Positions 17,049 through 26,374 are shown, numbered from the stretch's first letter. The stretch is 64,000 nt of DNA from an uncultured Verrucomicrobiae bacterium (GCA_963714695.1 CAVQPQ010000001.1:7880-71879); one strand, 5' to 3'. Numbers and translations are program-made. Notes: generated by a model from the letters alone, not told the origin.

Positions 17049-17651
17049 TTAATTGACTTTTGTTGTTGGGGTCGGCGAACTGGCCGGATGCGAGCCGAGC
17101 TGTTTTACGCCGTCCCAAACATACAGCAGCCCTGACATACCGGTGCATATCGCCGCTCCGAGCGTCCAGATTTTGAGCCAGCGCGCATTTAAATCGCGGT
17201 CCCAGTCCAGCAAAATCCAGATGACCACGATCATTTGCAAGACGGTCGCGATTTTGCCCATGATGCGCGGGCGCACCACCACTTTGCCGACGGTGAGCCG
17301 GATGACGGCGATGCCGATGAGCAGCAACAAATCGCGTCCGAGGATGGTGCCGGTGAGCCAAAGCGGAATTTGCCCGATATACGACCCGTGGTTGAAACTC
17401 AACGTGATGATGGCCGACACAAGCAGCAGTTTGTCCGCCAGCGGATCAAGGATGGCGCCCAGCTCGCTTTTTTGGTTGTAGCGCCGCGCGACGTAACCAT
17501 CCACACCGTCCAGAATCGCCGTGACCGCAAACGTTAGGAGCGCCAGCAGCCGGTGAACTTCGTTGCCGGTTTCGAGGTAATAAAGCAATTCGACGACAAA
17601 AAACGGAATCAGCAGGATCCGTAGAATCGTGATTTTGTTGGCGGTCGTCAT
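17049..17651 (-). CDS. pgsA: CDP-alcohol phosphatidyltransferase (PgsA-like)
   Basis: The signature DGVDGYVARRYNQKSELGAILDPLADK matches D-G-x2-A-R-x8-G-x3-D-x3-D. Confidence 0.85.
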   Translation of the reverse strand: MTTANKITILRILLIPFFVVELLYYLETGNEVHRLLALLTFAVTAILDGVDGYVARRYNQKSELGAILDPLADKLLLVSAIITLSFNHGSYIGQIPLWLTGTILGRDLLLLIGIAVIRLTVGKVVVRPRIMGKIATVLQMIVVIWILLDWDRDLNARWLKIWTLGAAICTGMSGLLYVWDGVKQLGSHPASSPTPTTKVN

Positions 17652-17669
17652 GGCCGTACACCAGCACTT

Positions 17670-17706
17670 TTAACGCAAAGATGCAAAGATGCAAAGCCGC
17701 AAAAAG
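17670..17706. repeat. TTAACGCAAAG-type octamer array (family E)
   Basis: TTAAC followed by GCAAAGAT GCAAAGAT GCAAAGCC GCAAAAAG. Confidence 0.7.
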
Positions 17707-17756
17707 ATTATCGCAGTTCGTCGGAAAGCAGCCGGCGATTGGACCGGCAGCCCCGT

Positions 17757-17830
17757 CCTGGGAGCGCCGGCGGCTCGCCGGCAGGTTAATCTCACGCGCA
17801 ACTCGCCGGCGGGACGCCGGCGCTCCCAGG
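17757..17830. repeat. Family A palindromic element
   Basis: Arms are CCTGGGAGCGCCGGCGGCTCGCCGGC and CGCCGGCGGGACGCCGGCGCTCCCAGG. Lies between pgsA and purE. Confidence 0.9.
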
Positions 17831-17924
17831 AATAATACTGGCGGCTGGGCAAACTGCTTCCCGTTGGATTGCCGCCAATTTCAAGGGATGACTTTTGGTT
17901 TTGAAATGGGTAATTTGTCTGCCA

Positions 17925-18425
17925 ATGAAAACGAGTGAATCCAAACCTTTGATCGGTATTTTGATGGGCAGCGACTCGGACTGGCCGACGATGAAAGCCG
18001 CTGCCGATACGCTCACCGAATTCGGTATCGCCAGCGAGGCCAAGGTCATCTCGGCGCACCGCGATCCGCATGGCCTGGAGAAATATGCCGGCAGCGCGAT
18101 CAAACGCGGCCTGCGCGTCATCATCGCCGGCGCGGGCGGCGCTGCGCACTTGCCGGGCGTGACGGCGGCATTCACCACCCTGCCCGTCATCGGCGTGCCC
18201 ATCGAAAGCAAATCGCTCAAGGGCCTCGACTCGCTGCTCTCCATCGTGCAAATGCCGCCGGGTGTGCCGGTGGCCACCGTTGGCATCGGCGCGGCCAGAA
18301 ACGCCGGGCTGCTTGCCGTGCAAATCCTGGCCGTGGGCGACGCTCGATTGCAAAAGGCGCTGGCCGGCTTCAAGCAAAAGCTCGCCTCAGAATCGCGCGC
18401 GAAAAACAAAACCCTCGCCGCCTGA
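17925..18425 (+). CDS. purE: N5-carboxyaminoimidazole ribonucleotide mutase
   Basis: Motifs [15 protein letters not shown] and AGGAAHLPG. Confidence 0.95.
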   Translation: MKTSESKPLIGILMGSDSDWPTMKAAADTLTEFGIASEAKVISAHRDPHGLEKYAGSAIKRGLRVIIAGAGGAAHLPGVTAAFTTLPVIGVPIESKSLKGLDSLLSIVQMPPGVPVATVGIGAARNAGLLAVQILAVGDARLQKALAGFKQKLASESRAKNKTLAA

Positions 18426-18618
18426 CCCTCCCCCAGGTTGATTTCAAGACAACGTGTCTCGGCAGCAGAAATCCCGAAAATCCCGCCCATTCCCTTGCCA
18501 TTGACTGCCTTAACCCAGCGGCAACTTTTTCGGTTGTCTGGTATGAAGGTTGCTATTTTGAGACAGTGACCTAGACAGCCATCCCGGAGGGTGGAGGAAA
18601 ATTTGACATTTTGTAATC

Positions 18619-18777
18619 ATGACTAAATATCTTTTAAACCACACGAGCAAGCTGCTGTTCCCGCATTTGGCACGCGACCAGCGCAAACAACAGTTGAAAG
18701 TCATCATGCTCGTTTTCATCACCAGTCTTTGCTGCGCCGGCTCGTTGGCAATGTGGATGATTTTGGGACGACGCTGA
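18619..18777 (+). CDS. Small hydrophobic ORF (52 aa) inside the purE-proximal insert, speculative
   Basis: Peptide MTKYLLNHTSKLLFPHLARDQRKQQLKVIMLVFITSLCCAGSLAMWMILGRR has a basic N-half and one C-terminal TM helix. It is too short for the ORF track. The local GC is lower than the surroundings. Confidence 0.25.
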   Translation: MTKYLLNHTSKLLFPHLARDQRKQQLKVIMLVFITSLCCAGSLAMWMILGRR

Positions 18778-18863
18778 CGCACACTGACAGTTTAATATCT
18801 GTCCGCCCGGGTTATAGCGCCGGGTATGCCGGACGCAACCATCAGGGTTGGCGCGCAGAGTAG

Positions 18864-18980
18864 GCCAGGCTGCCGGTTATGCAAATCCTGGCGGGGCGAC
18901 GCGAGATTGCAAAAGGCGCTGGCCGGTTTCAAAAAAGCTTGCCGTGAAATCACGCGCGAAGAACAAATCGCTGGCGCGAC
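18864..18980 (+). pseudogene. Decayed duplicate of the purE 3' end
   Basis: About 80% identical by eye to 18303-18422, with indels. It still encodes [13 protein letters not shown], which matches the purE C-terminus. Confidence 0.7.
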
Positions 18981-19112
18981 AACCCTGTTTTATAAGGGAA
19001 AAGGTCCAGTCGCCCGCCCGCCGCTCCGGGTTGTCCATTATAATTTTCTTCGATGTTTTCAGTTGTGGTTCGGACGCCGGGATGATTATTCTCGCCGCAC
19101 AACCTCAATTCC

Positions 19113-19424
19113 ATGAAAACAAAACTACGCCCCCTGTTGTTTTTCTCATCCACGCTGTTCATCGCGCCGCCGTTGTTCGCGGCGGACACCGCACCCGCCG
19201 CCACCTGGCGCGCGCAATCACTCGGCATGGCCATCGGCAACGTGCTGATTTTTGCCGCCATCGGCATTGTCGCCGCCATCATCGGCTTCAAGGTGTTCGA
19301 CAAATGCACGCCGGGACATTTGGAGAAGGAGATCCTCGAAAACAAAAATGTTGCCGCCGCCATCATCGCCGCCGCGGTGATCCTGGGGGTCAGCATCATC
19401 ATCGCCGCGTCCATGCTGGGTTAA
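19113..19424 (+). CDS. DUF350 (YjfL-like) inner membrane protein
   Basis: 103 aa with a signal/TM segment plus two further TM helices. It shows the NVAAAII pattern typical of DUF350. Confidence 0.75.
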   Translation: MKTKLRPLLFFSSTLFIAPPLFAADTAPAATWRAQSLGMAIGNVLIFAAIGIVAAIIGFKVFDKCTPGHLEKEILENKNVAAAIIAAAVILGVSIIIAASMLG

Positions 19425-19437
19425 GCGGGCTTGCGAA

Positions 19438-19818
19438 ATGAAACGGAGCCAACGCATCCGCTTGATTTTGCTGGGCGGCCTGTCCGTCGGCGCGCTGACG
19501 GGCTGCGAGCAGAAGCCGTCCATCAGCGCGGAGAATGTTTATACGAACAATTTTTACATTCCCGGCGCCGGTTATTATCACGCGCCGTTTCGCAACTGGT
19601 ATTCGCTGCCTTACAATCATTTTGACGCGCAGAAAAATCTTTATTTTTACGGCGGCCAGTGGGGCGCGCAGCCGTTTGAGAGCATCACCAACATTTCCTC
19701 GCCCACACCCCAGGCCGCGCAGTTCGCGCAAAATTCGCGCACGGACATTTCGCGCGGCGGCTTTGGCGGTTTTGGGAGCGGACATTATTCCGGCGGCGGC
19801 TGGGGATTTTACTCCTGA
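19438..19818 (+). CDS. DUF1190 (YjfM-like) lipoprotein
   Basis: Lipobox LTGC after MKRSQRIRL. The Gly-rich C-terminal RGGFGGFG resembles E. coli YjfM. Confidence 0.6.
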   Translation: MKRSQRIRLILLGGLSVGALTGCEQKPSISAENVYTNNFYIPGAGYYHAPFRNWYSLPYNHFDAQKNLYFYGGQWGAQPFESITNISSPTPQAAQFAQNSRTDISRGGFGGFGSGHYSGGGWGFYS

Positions 19819-21023
19819 TGAAACGCCATCTGTGCCAACCCCGCTCCGACTGGCGCGAAAAAGTTGAAAGCGTCGGCCTGACGTTTCATTCGCACGACAC
19901 CGGGCCATACTGGGACGAATCCGCCTGCTACGAACTCACCCGCGCCGAGGTGGATGAACTGGAACGGGCCGCGAACACGCTGCATTTTCTTTGCATTGAC
20001 GCCGCCGAGGCGGTCATCCAGAACAACTGGTGGGCGCGGCTGGAAATTCCCGAAGCCGCTGTGCCGTGCATCTTGAAATCATGGGAACGCGATGACTTCA
20101 GCCTCTATGGCCGGTTCGATTTTGCCTACGACGGCGTCACCCCGCCGAAACTGCTTGAATACAACGCCGACACGCCAACCGCACTGGTCGAGGCCGCCGT
20201 CGCCCAATGGTTCTGGCTGCTGGAAACCCATCCCGGCGCGGACCAATTCAATTCCATCCACGAGCGGCTCATCGCGGCGTGGAAGCGGTTGGCCGGAGCG
20301 CCGAGCCCCGGCTCGGCACGGGCGAACGAATTTTCCCAACTCGCCGGGTCGGAGACCGGCACTCCGAGTTTGCAGACACAGCCGATAATTCATTTCAGTT
20401 GCGTCAAGGAACTCGCCGAAGACGAGATGACGGTGCTCTATTTGCGCGACACCTGCGAGCAGGCCGGCGTGAAAACAAAGGCGGTTTTCATTGACGACAT
20501 CGGCTGGCATCGGACGAAAAAGATTTTCGTGGATCTCGACGAGGATCCCATTCAACGCTGCTTCAAGCTGTATCCGTGGGAATGGCTGTGGCAGGAGGAA
20601 TTCAGCGCGCATCTGGCGGACGACTGCCTGCTATTCATCGAGCCGGCGTGGAAGATGCTTTTGAGCAACAAGGGGCTGCTGCCGGTGCTGTGGGAATTGT
20701 TTCCCGGCCATCCGAATCTGCTTCCGGCGTTTGAATTCGCCGCGCCGCTGGGCAGCCGCTACGTCCGCAAACCGAAATTGAGCCGCGAAGGCTGCAACGT
20801 CTCCTGGGTCGAGGGCGGCGTAGTGGTCGAGGAAAACGGCGGCAACTATGGCGAGGAAGGGTTTGTTTTCCAATCGCCCGCCGCGCTGCCGGACTTTGAC
20901 GGCAATCATCCGGTGTTTGGCGTGTGGGTGGTGGATCACGAAGCCGCCGGGCTAGGCCTCCGCGAAGACACGCGGCGCATCACCGGCAACCTCAGCCGGT
21001 TCGTGCCGCACTTTTTCCCATGA
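19818..21023 (+). CDS. Glutathionylspermidine synthase-like ATP-grasp protein (YjfC/YgiC family)
   Basis: Motifs YGRFDFAYDG, LLEYNADTPT and LLSNKGLLPVLW. Confidence 0.9.
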   Translation: MKRHLCQPRSDWREKVESVGLTFHSHDTGPYWDESACYELTRAEVDELERAANTLHFLCIDAAEAVIQNNWWARLEIPEAAVPCILKSWERDDFSLYGRFDFAYDGVTPPKLLEYNADTPTALVEAAVAQWFWLLETHPGADQFNSIHERLIAAWKRLAGAPSPGSARANEFSQLAGSETGTPSLQTQPIIHFSCVKELAEDEMTVLYLRDTCEQAGVKTKAVFIDDIGWHRTKKIFVDLDEDPIQRCFKLYPWEWLWQEEFSAHLADDCLLFIEPAWKMLLSNKGLLPVLWELFPGHPNLLPAFEFAAPLGSRYVRKPKLSREGCNVSWVEGGVVVEENGGNYGEEGFVFQSPAALPDFDGNHPVFGVWVVDHEAAGLGLREDTRRITGNLSRFVPHFFP

Positions 21024-22219
21024 GCTTTGACAATCCAACCCGGCTCCGCATCGGAATGCACGGAAACTTTGCCGGCAAGGATTACCGTGTCGCCGGCCGC
21101 GTCGTCATGGGTGAGACCGAAGGCGGCGAAACTTACTATTGGAACGAATTCAACCTTGAATCCACGGACGGCAGTTACGCGGATCTGGTGTTTGAAGAAA
21201 CCGAACGCGGCGGCGAGTGGCGGCTGTTCACCCTGTTCGAGCCGGAATATCCGATGACCGCCGCGGATGCCGCCACCAAGCGCGTCGGCGACCACCTCAA
21301 TCTCACCGGCGAAGACGTCCGCATCACGCTGCGCAGCGCTTCGCGCGTTTATCACATCGAAGGCCAGGCGCCCGAAGGCGTCGAGGTCGGTGACGTGGCG
21401 AACTATTTCAACGCCGAGGCCGGCAACATTATGCAGGTCGTGAGCTGGACCGGCGACGAGGTGGAGTATTACAACGGCGTGAACATCCCGCAAAGTGTTG
21501 TCGCCGGCGCCTTCAATATACCACGCGCCTCCAATGCCAGCTCCTTCAGCGGCGGCGATTCGTCATGGCTGGGGGGAAATGACGAAAATTACAATAGCGG
21601 CGTCAAAATTTCCCTGAAGGTGGCTCTCGTCATTTTTATTTTCATCATTTTCTTTGGCCGGTTTTTTTCCTTCTCGACAAGTTACGAATCCGAACCGGTG
21701 AAAAAGATTCCCGCCGGTGCGCCGCCGCTGGCCGTCGGCGCGGGCGGCAAATTGAACGATAAGCATTATCGCGTCATCGGCCACGCCGTGGTCGAAATCG
21801 CCGAGGTCGGTTTGGATTTTGAGCGGCACGAATATCAACTGACGGATGACGATGGCATAACCGGCCTGCTGGTCTGCGGCCTGAAGCCGGGCGAAACAAA
21901 CTGGACGCTGTTTACGCCGCTTTCCAATCCATTGCCCCCAAGCCCGCAGCAATGCGCCGCCAAAAAAGCCGGCGACATGGTGAACATTGACAGCGTGATC
22001 GCCTTTGTCCACGAACTGTTTCTGTCCACCACCCGGCAGGTGGAGGGCACGGCATCAGCGGACTGGCAGCCCGGCGATATGCGCTTCGGCTTTGAGGCGC
22101 AGGGGGTAAACGATTTGCTGCTGGCCCGCTGGAATGCCGCCGCGGTCAACTTCCAGCGCGGATTGAACGTTTCAGCCAAGGATGCCACCAACGCCTTTGC
22201 TCCGTCGTCCAAGCAGTAA
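21020..22219 (+). CDS. DUF4178 domain protein (two DUF4178-like halves around a TM segment)
   Basis: ATGA overlap with the upstream gene. GKDYRVAGRVVM..YYWNEF recurs as DKHYRVIGHAVV..ERHEYQL after the TM VALVIFIFIIFFGRFF. Confidence 0.65.
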   Translation: MSFDNPTRLRIGMHGNFAGKDYRVAGRVVMGETEGGETYYWNEFNLESTDGSYADLVFEETERGGEWRLFTLFEPEYPMTAADAATKRVGDHLNLTGEDVRITLRSASRVYHIEGQAPEGVEVGDVANYFNAEAGNIMQVVSWTGDEVEYYNGVNIPQSVVAGAFNIPRASNASSFSGGDSSWLGGNDENYNSGVKISLKVALVIFIFIIFFGRFFSFSTSYESEPVKKIPAGAPPLAVGAGGKLNDKHYRVIGHAVVEIAEVGLDFERHEYQLTDDDGITGLLVCGLKPGETNWTLFTPLSNPLPPSPQQCAAKKAGDMVNIDSVIAFVHELFLSTTRQVEGTASADWQPGDMRFGFEAQGVNDLLLARWNAAAVNFQRGLNVSAKDATNAFAPSSKQ

Positions 22220-22275
22220 CTGGCAGTAGCTGGTTTGCCATCCTGCTGGCTTTCGGTTAATCTCCGGGCCGACAA

Positions 22276-24087
22276 ATGAACAATCCGAACACAGAAAATC
22301 CGCCGCCCGCCGCCCCGTCCGATTTTATCCGCGACATCGTGGAAAAACACGTCGCTGAGAAGAAATATCCGCGCATCCACACGCGTTTTCCGCCCGAACC
22401 GAACGGCTACCTGCACATCGGCCATGCCAAGAGCATCTGCCTGAACTTTGGCATCGCGCGCGAATTCGGCGGCATCTGCAACCTGCGCATGGACGACACC
22501 AACCCGGCCAAGGAAGACGTCGAATACGTGGATTCCATCATCGAAGATGTGAACTGGCTCATCAGCGCCTGGGCCGATAAAAATCTTGGCCTCAAGCCGA
22601 AAGGGAAAACGCCCGAAGCTGTCACGTCAAACGGCAAGCCGGATTTTTATCTGGGAGCAGTTACGGGAACATCCAACATCCAACATCCAACATCCAACAT
22701 CCAAGTCGAAGCGTTTTACGCCTCGGACTACTTCGACCAGATTTACGAATACGCCGTCGCGCTCATCAAGAAAGGCAAGGCCTACGTCTGCGACCTGACG
22801 CCGGACCAGACGGATGAATACCGCCGCAACGCCAAGGAAAGCCCGTTCCGCAACCGCAGCATCGAGGAAAGTCTCGACCTGTTTACGCGAATGAAGAACG
22901 GCGAGTTCCCCGATGGCACGCGCACGCTGCGCGCGAAGATTGACGTGACCGCGCCGAACATCTGGATGCGCGACCCGCTCATTTACCGCATCCGCCACGC
23001 CGAACATCATCACACCGGCGGCAAATGGTGCATTTATCCGATGTACGATTTCGCGCATTGCCTGAGCGATTATCTCGAAGGCATTACGCACAGCATTTGC
23101 ACGCTGGAATTCGAGGTGCATCGCCCGCTGTACGACTGGATATTGGAGAACCTGGATCTGCCGCGTCCCCTACCCCATCAATATGAATTCGCGCGTCTCA
23201 GCCTCACCTACACCATCATGAGCAAACGCAAGCTCATGCAGCTTGTGAACGAAAAACTCGTAACCGGCTGGGACGACCCGCGCATGCCCACCATCAGCGG
23301 CATCCGGCGGCGCGGCGTCACTGCGGAAGCCCTGCGCGCGTTTGCCTACAACATCGGCATCACCAAATACAACGGCCTCACCGACGTGGCCGTGCTGGAA
23401 TTCGCCATCCGCGAAGACCTGAACAAACGCGCCCTGCGCCGCCTCGCCGTGCTGCGCCCAATCAAGGTCATCATCACGAATTTTCCGGAAGGCAAAACCG
23501 AGGAATTGGATGCCGTCAACAACCCCGAGGATGAAAACGCGGGCAAACGGACAATTCCTTTCAGCCGCGAACTATTCATCGAGCAGGACGATTTCAAGGA
23601 AGTTGCCGTGCCGAAATATTTCCGGTTGAAACCCGGCGGCGAAGTCCGGCTGAAATACGCCTACATCATCAAATGCGACGAAGTGGTGAAGGACGCCGCC
23701 GGCAACATCACCGAGCTGCGCTGCACCGCCGATCTCGACAGCAAGAGTGGCGGAGCCACGGCGGCGCGCAAAGTTAAGGGAACAATTCATTGGGTAAGCG
23801 CCGCGCACGCCGTGGATGCCGAAGTACGCCTCTACGACCGCCTGTTCACCGAAGCCGAGCCGGAAAAAGATGGTCGCGATTTCAAGTCCGTGCTCAACCC
23901 GCACTCGCTCGAAGTGGTGACGGCCAAATGCGAGCCGAGCCTGAAAGACGTAAAACCGGAACTGCGCTATCAATTCGAGCGCCTCGCCTACTTCGCGTCG
24001 GACAAAGACACCACGCCCGGCAAGCTGGTTTTGAATCGGACGATAACGCTGAAAGACACTTGGGCGAAGGAAGCGCAGAAAGGTTAA
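22276..24087 (+). CDS. glnS: Glutamine--tRNA ligase
   Basis: Motifs [17 protein letters not shown] (HIGH) and VMSKRK-type TIMSKRKL. It is collinear with E. coli GlnRS as I recall it, apart from an insertion after DVNWL. Confidence 0.95.
   Translation: MNNPNTENPPPAAPSDFIRDIVEKHVAEKKYPRIHTRFPPEPNGYLHIGHAKSICLNFGIAREFGGICNLRMDDTNPAKEDVEYVDSIIEDVNWLISAWADKNLGLKPKGKTPEAVTSNGKPDFYLGAVTGTSNIQHPTSNIQVEAFYASDYFDQIYEYAVALIKKGKAYVCDLTPDQTDEYRRNAKESPFRNRSIEESLDLFTRMKNGEFPDGTRTLRAKIDVTAPNIWMRDPLIYRIRHAEHHHTGGKWCIYPMYDFAHCLSDYLEGITHSICTLEFEVHRPLYDWILENLDLPRPLPHQYEFARLSLTYTIMSKRKLMQLVNEKLVTGWDDPRMPTISGIRRRGVTAEALRAFAYNIGITKYNGLTDVAVLEFAIREDLNKRALRRLAVLRPIKVIITNFPEGKTEELDAVNNPEDENAGKRTIPFSRELFIEQDDFKEVAVPKYFRLKPGGEVRLKYAYIIKCDEVVKDAAGNITELRCTADLDSKSGGATAARKVKGTIHWVSAAHAVDAEVRLYDRLFTEAEPEKDGRDFKSVLNPHSLEVVTAKCEPSLKDVKPELRYQFERLAYFASDKDTTPGKLVLNRTITLKDTWAKEAQKG
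22668..22705. repeat. Heptanucleotide array (ATCCAAC)n inside glnS ORF
   Basis: Four exact ATCCAAC units plus ATCCAAG. It translates as [12 protein letters not shown]. Confidence 0.9.
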
Positions 24088-24094
24088 CCCAAAG

Positions 24095-24337
24095 ATGAGC
24101 GTCGAGAAAACATTGGAAAAGCTGCTGCGCGGAGAATCCGATGCCAACATCCGCTTTGAGGAGCTTTGCCATTTGCTCCAGGCCAAAGGTTTTCGGATGC
24201 GCATATCGGGCAGCCATCATATTTTCACCCAGCCCGGCGTGTTGGAGCGCATCAATCTCCAACGCGAAAGCTCAAAGGCAAAACCATATCAGGTTCGACA
24301 AGTGCGAAAGATTCTGGCAAACTACAGAATGTTATGA
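24095..24337 (+). CDS. hicA: HicA-family mRNA interferase toxin
   Basis: 80 aa. [18 protein letters not shown] is typical of HicA/YcfA. ATGA overlap with hicB. Confidence 0.8.
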   Translation: MSVEKTLEKLLRGESDANIRFEELCHLLQAKGFRMRISGSHHIFTQPGVLERINLQRESSKAKPYQVRQVRKILANYRML

Positions 24338-24549
24338 AACAGAACACATACGAGATGATTATCTGGTGGAGCGCCGAAGACGGTGCCTACGTGGTGGATG
24401 TGCCGGAGCTTCCCGGCTGCATGGCTCACGGCTCGACGCGGCAGGAAGCCATAAAAAACGCCGAGGACGCCATCAAGTTCTGGCTCAAGACCGCGAAGGA
24501 CGACGGTCTGGAAATCCCGCAACCGCGCGGGCGGCTGGTTTTTGCGTGA
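24334..24549 (+). CDS. hicB: HicB-family antitoxin
   Basis: 71 aa. [29 protein letters not shown] is typical of the HicB N-domain. Confidence 0.8.
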   Translation: MKQNTYEMIIWWSAEDGAYVVDVPELPGCMAHGSTRQEAIKNAEDAIKFWLKTAKDDGLEIPQPRGRLVFA

Positions 24550-24716
24550 CGGCGAAGTGCGAACCGAGCCTGAAAGACGCGAAGCCGAAGCTGCGTTATC
24601 AATTCGAGCGCCTCGCCTATTTCGCGTTGGACAAAGACAGCGCGCCCGGTAAGTTGGTTTTGAATCGTACGATCACGTTAAAAGACACCTGAGCGAAGGA
24701 AGCGCAGAAAGGGTAA
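24546..24716 (+). pseudogene. Displaced duplicate of the last 57 codons of glnS
   Basis: 171 bp, collinear with 23917-24087 without indels. 149 of 171 bases are identical by my count. TGG (Trp) is replaced by TGA. Confidence 0.85.
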
Positions 24717-24723
24717 ATGCTTG

Positions 24724-25686
24724 ATGATCACAAGCCCGATCCGAAAGCTACGAAACCTACTTATCCTGTTTGCCTGCCTGCTGACGGCGCTGGTGTTGGT
24801 CGCTGTTCCATTTTGTAACAGGGAACCACGCTACCAGGGCCACTCCCTGAGTTACTGGGTCACGCTTTACGGCGACACCGCTTGGGATGAAGGCGGCGAC
24901 CCGAAAGCACGGGAAGCGATTTCTCACATCGGGACTAACGCCTTACCGTTTCTATTGAATTGGATCCGTTATGAGCAACAACCATCTTGGGTTAGAACCG
25001 CATCCATATCTTTTTTCTCGCGCAGAGTACCAAAGGCTATCACATCCGAAGCACTTGTGAAATGGGTATGCGAGGATAAGGAAGAATCCAGAGCGGATGG
25101 TGCGGCCCACGCTTTCTATGCTCTTGGTCCCCAGGTCCAGCCTGCGCTTCCCGAGCTCTTCAGACTGATGAACGACCGCAGTTCCACCAACGTCTCTCCC
25201 CGGCCTCAACTTGCTCCATGCGAGCGGGCTGAACTTGCCCTGCTCTATTCCAGAAACGATGACGCTATACCATTGTTCCTCGCACACATCGCCAACACGA
25301 ACGCCCCGAACCGCGCCGAAGTGGTCTTTTTGGTAGGTCTCTACGATCTGACAACAAATGCCGGACCCGCCGTACCAATGCTTATCCAATGCCTCATAGA
25401 CAATGATCCCGAAGTGATAAAAGAGGCGGCCAGGGCACTTACCAAATGCGACCTCAAGCCAGGATTCATCTTGCCAGCACTGACTAACTGTCTTGTGACT
25501 TCTACCAACCCTCTTCTTCGCAGCCGGGCAATCTGGGTACTTGGCAACTTCAAACCCCAAGTCCGCTTGACCCAACCGTTTCTCATCGCGGCACTCCAGG
25601 ATCCTGACGCCAACGTGCGCAAGCAAGCAACGAACGCCCTCCTGAAAATCGCTCCTGAGGTATTCACCAACACGCCAACACAGTAA
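24724..25686 (+). CDS. HEAT-repeat protein with N-terminal membrane anchor
   Basis: TM LLILFACLLTALVLVAV. HEAT-like repeats include DPEVIKEAARALTK and DANVRKQATNALLKI. Confidence 0.65.
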   Translation: MITSPIRKLRNLLILFACLLTALVLVAVPFCNREPRYQGHSLSYWVTLYGDTAWDEGGDPKAREAISHIGTNALPFLLNWIRYEQQPSWVRTASISFFSRRVPKAITSEALVKWVCEDKEESRADGAAHAFYALGPQVQPALPELFRLMNDRSSTNVSPRPQLAPCERAELALLYSRNDDAIPLFLAHIANTNAPNRAEVVFLVGLYDLTTNAGPAVPMLIQCLIDNDPEVIKEAARALTKCDLKPGFILPALTNCLVTSTNPLLRSRAIWVLGNFKPQVRLTQPFLIAALQDPDANVRKQATNALLKIAPEVFTNTPTQ

Positions 25687-25733
25687 TTTGTCACCGACTG
25701 ATCAAGCGCGTTGCCGGAGTTGCGATTCATTTT

Positions 25734-25863
25734 TTAACGCAAAGACGCCAAGATGCAGAGAAAAGACCGGGGTTCATTTGGAGTGCGGTGACAGGTCACC
25801 GCTTTTCAATGACGCGACATGTCGCGTCAAACCAAAGCGCCGTCATGCCGGTGCACTCCAAAA
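25734..25863. repeat. Family E head plus an 86-bp palindromic element
   Basis: The head is TTAACGCAAAGACGCCAAGATGCAGAGAAAAG. It is followed by TTTGGAGTGCGGTGACAGGTCACCGC ... GGTGCACTCCAAA. The centre is the perfect 20-bp palindrome TGACGCGACATGTCGCGTCA (25810-25829). Confidence 0.7.
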
Positions 25864-26211
25864 CCCATTGCCGCTCCGCGGTCGGGCGAACAAATCAGCC
25901 GCTTATGCCTGGTACGCTTATCACGCTGAACAATGGAACAAATTGAATGAGTTGATCCCCAAACTGGGAACGGTGAATTATAAATATTTTGGCGGCGAAG
26001 ATGAGTTCAACAAAATGCTCCGGCTCGCCAAAGAACACGCCGAAAAAACCTAAATAGTAGCTCTCGTCCCAGCAGGGACACCGGAAATTAGCCCGGCACA
26101 TGTGCCGGGTTTATCGCCCAACATTTAAATCCGTCCTGCCGTGTCGCGCCCGCACTTGCTGGAGCATTGAGCCTGTGGCTCGACCCTGTAGCCAAGGCAG
26201 ATTTTTTTTGA

Positions 26212-26374
26212 CGCCCGCCCTCACCTTTTATCCTCTCCCCCGGGGAGAGGAAATAGCTGTTGGCCAGTTCCGGTTTTCAGGATGGCCAGCCGGCAAATCC
26301 CGTCGCAGGTTTCTCAATTGGACTGCGGACGATTCACCCTCTCCCGGGGGAGAGGGCCGGGGTGAGGGCGAGCG
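26212..26374. repeat. Two family B hairpin elements in inverted orientation (composite palindrome)
   Basis: CGCCCGCCCTCACC-N6-CCTCTCCCCCGGGGAGAGG lies at 26212-26250. CCCTCTCCCGGGGGAGAGGG-CCGG-GGTGAGGGCGAGCG lies at 26337-26374. Confidence 0.85.

Noticed and set aside
17670-18490. 235-aa and 232-aa minus-strand ORFs overlapping purE and its upstream region
   Set aside because: They run antisense to the well-supported purE gene and through a family A repeat (WERRRPAGE-type peptide). They are shadow ORFs.
20300-20400. Possible repeat insertion inside the GspS-like gene (..SARANEFSQLAGSETGTPSLQT..)
   Set aside because: The peptide looks low-complexity and resembles repeat-derived sequences. 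I could not identify clear inverted arms or a second copy in the window, so it remains unconfirmed.
25688-26053. 121-aa ORF downstream of the HEAT-repeat gene
   Set aside because: Its first about 70 codons are translations of family E and palindromic repeat DNA (NAKTPRCREK, ECGDRSPLF, RRHAGALQN). Only the last about 50 residues look protein-like, possibly a gene remnant. That is not enough to call a CDS.
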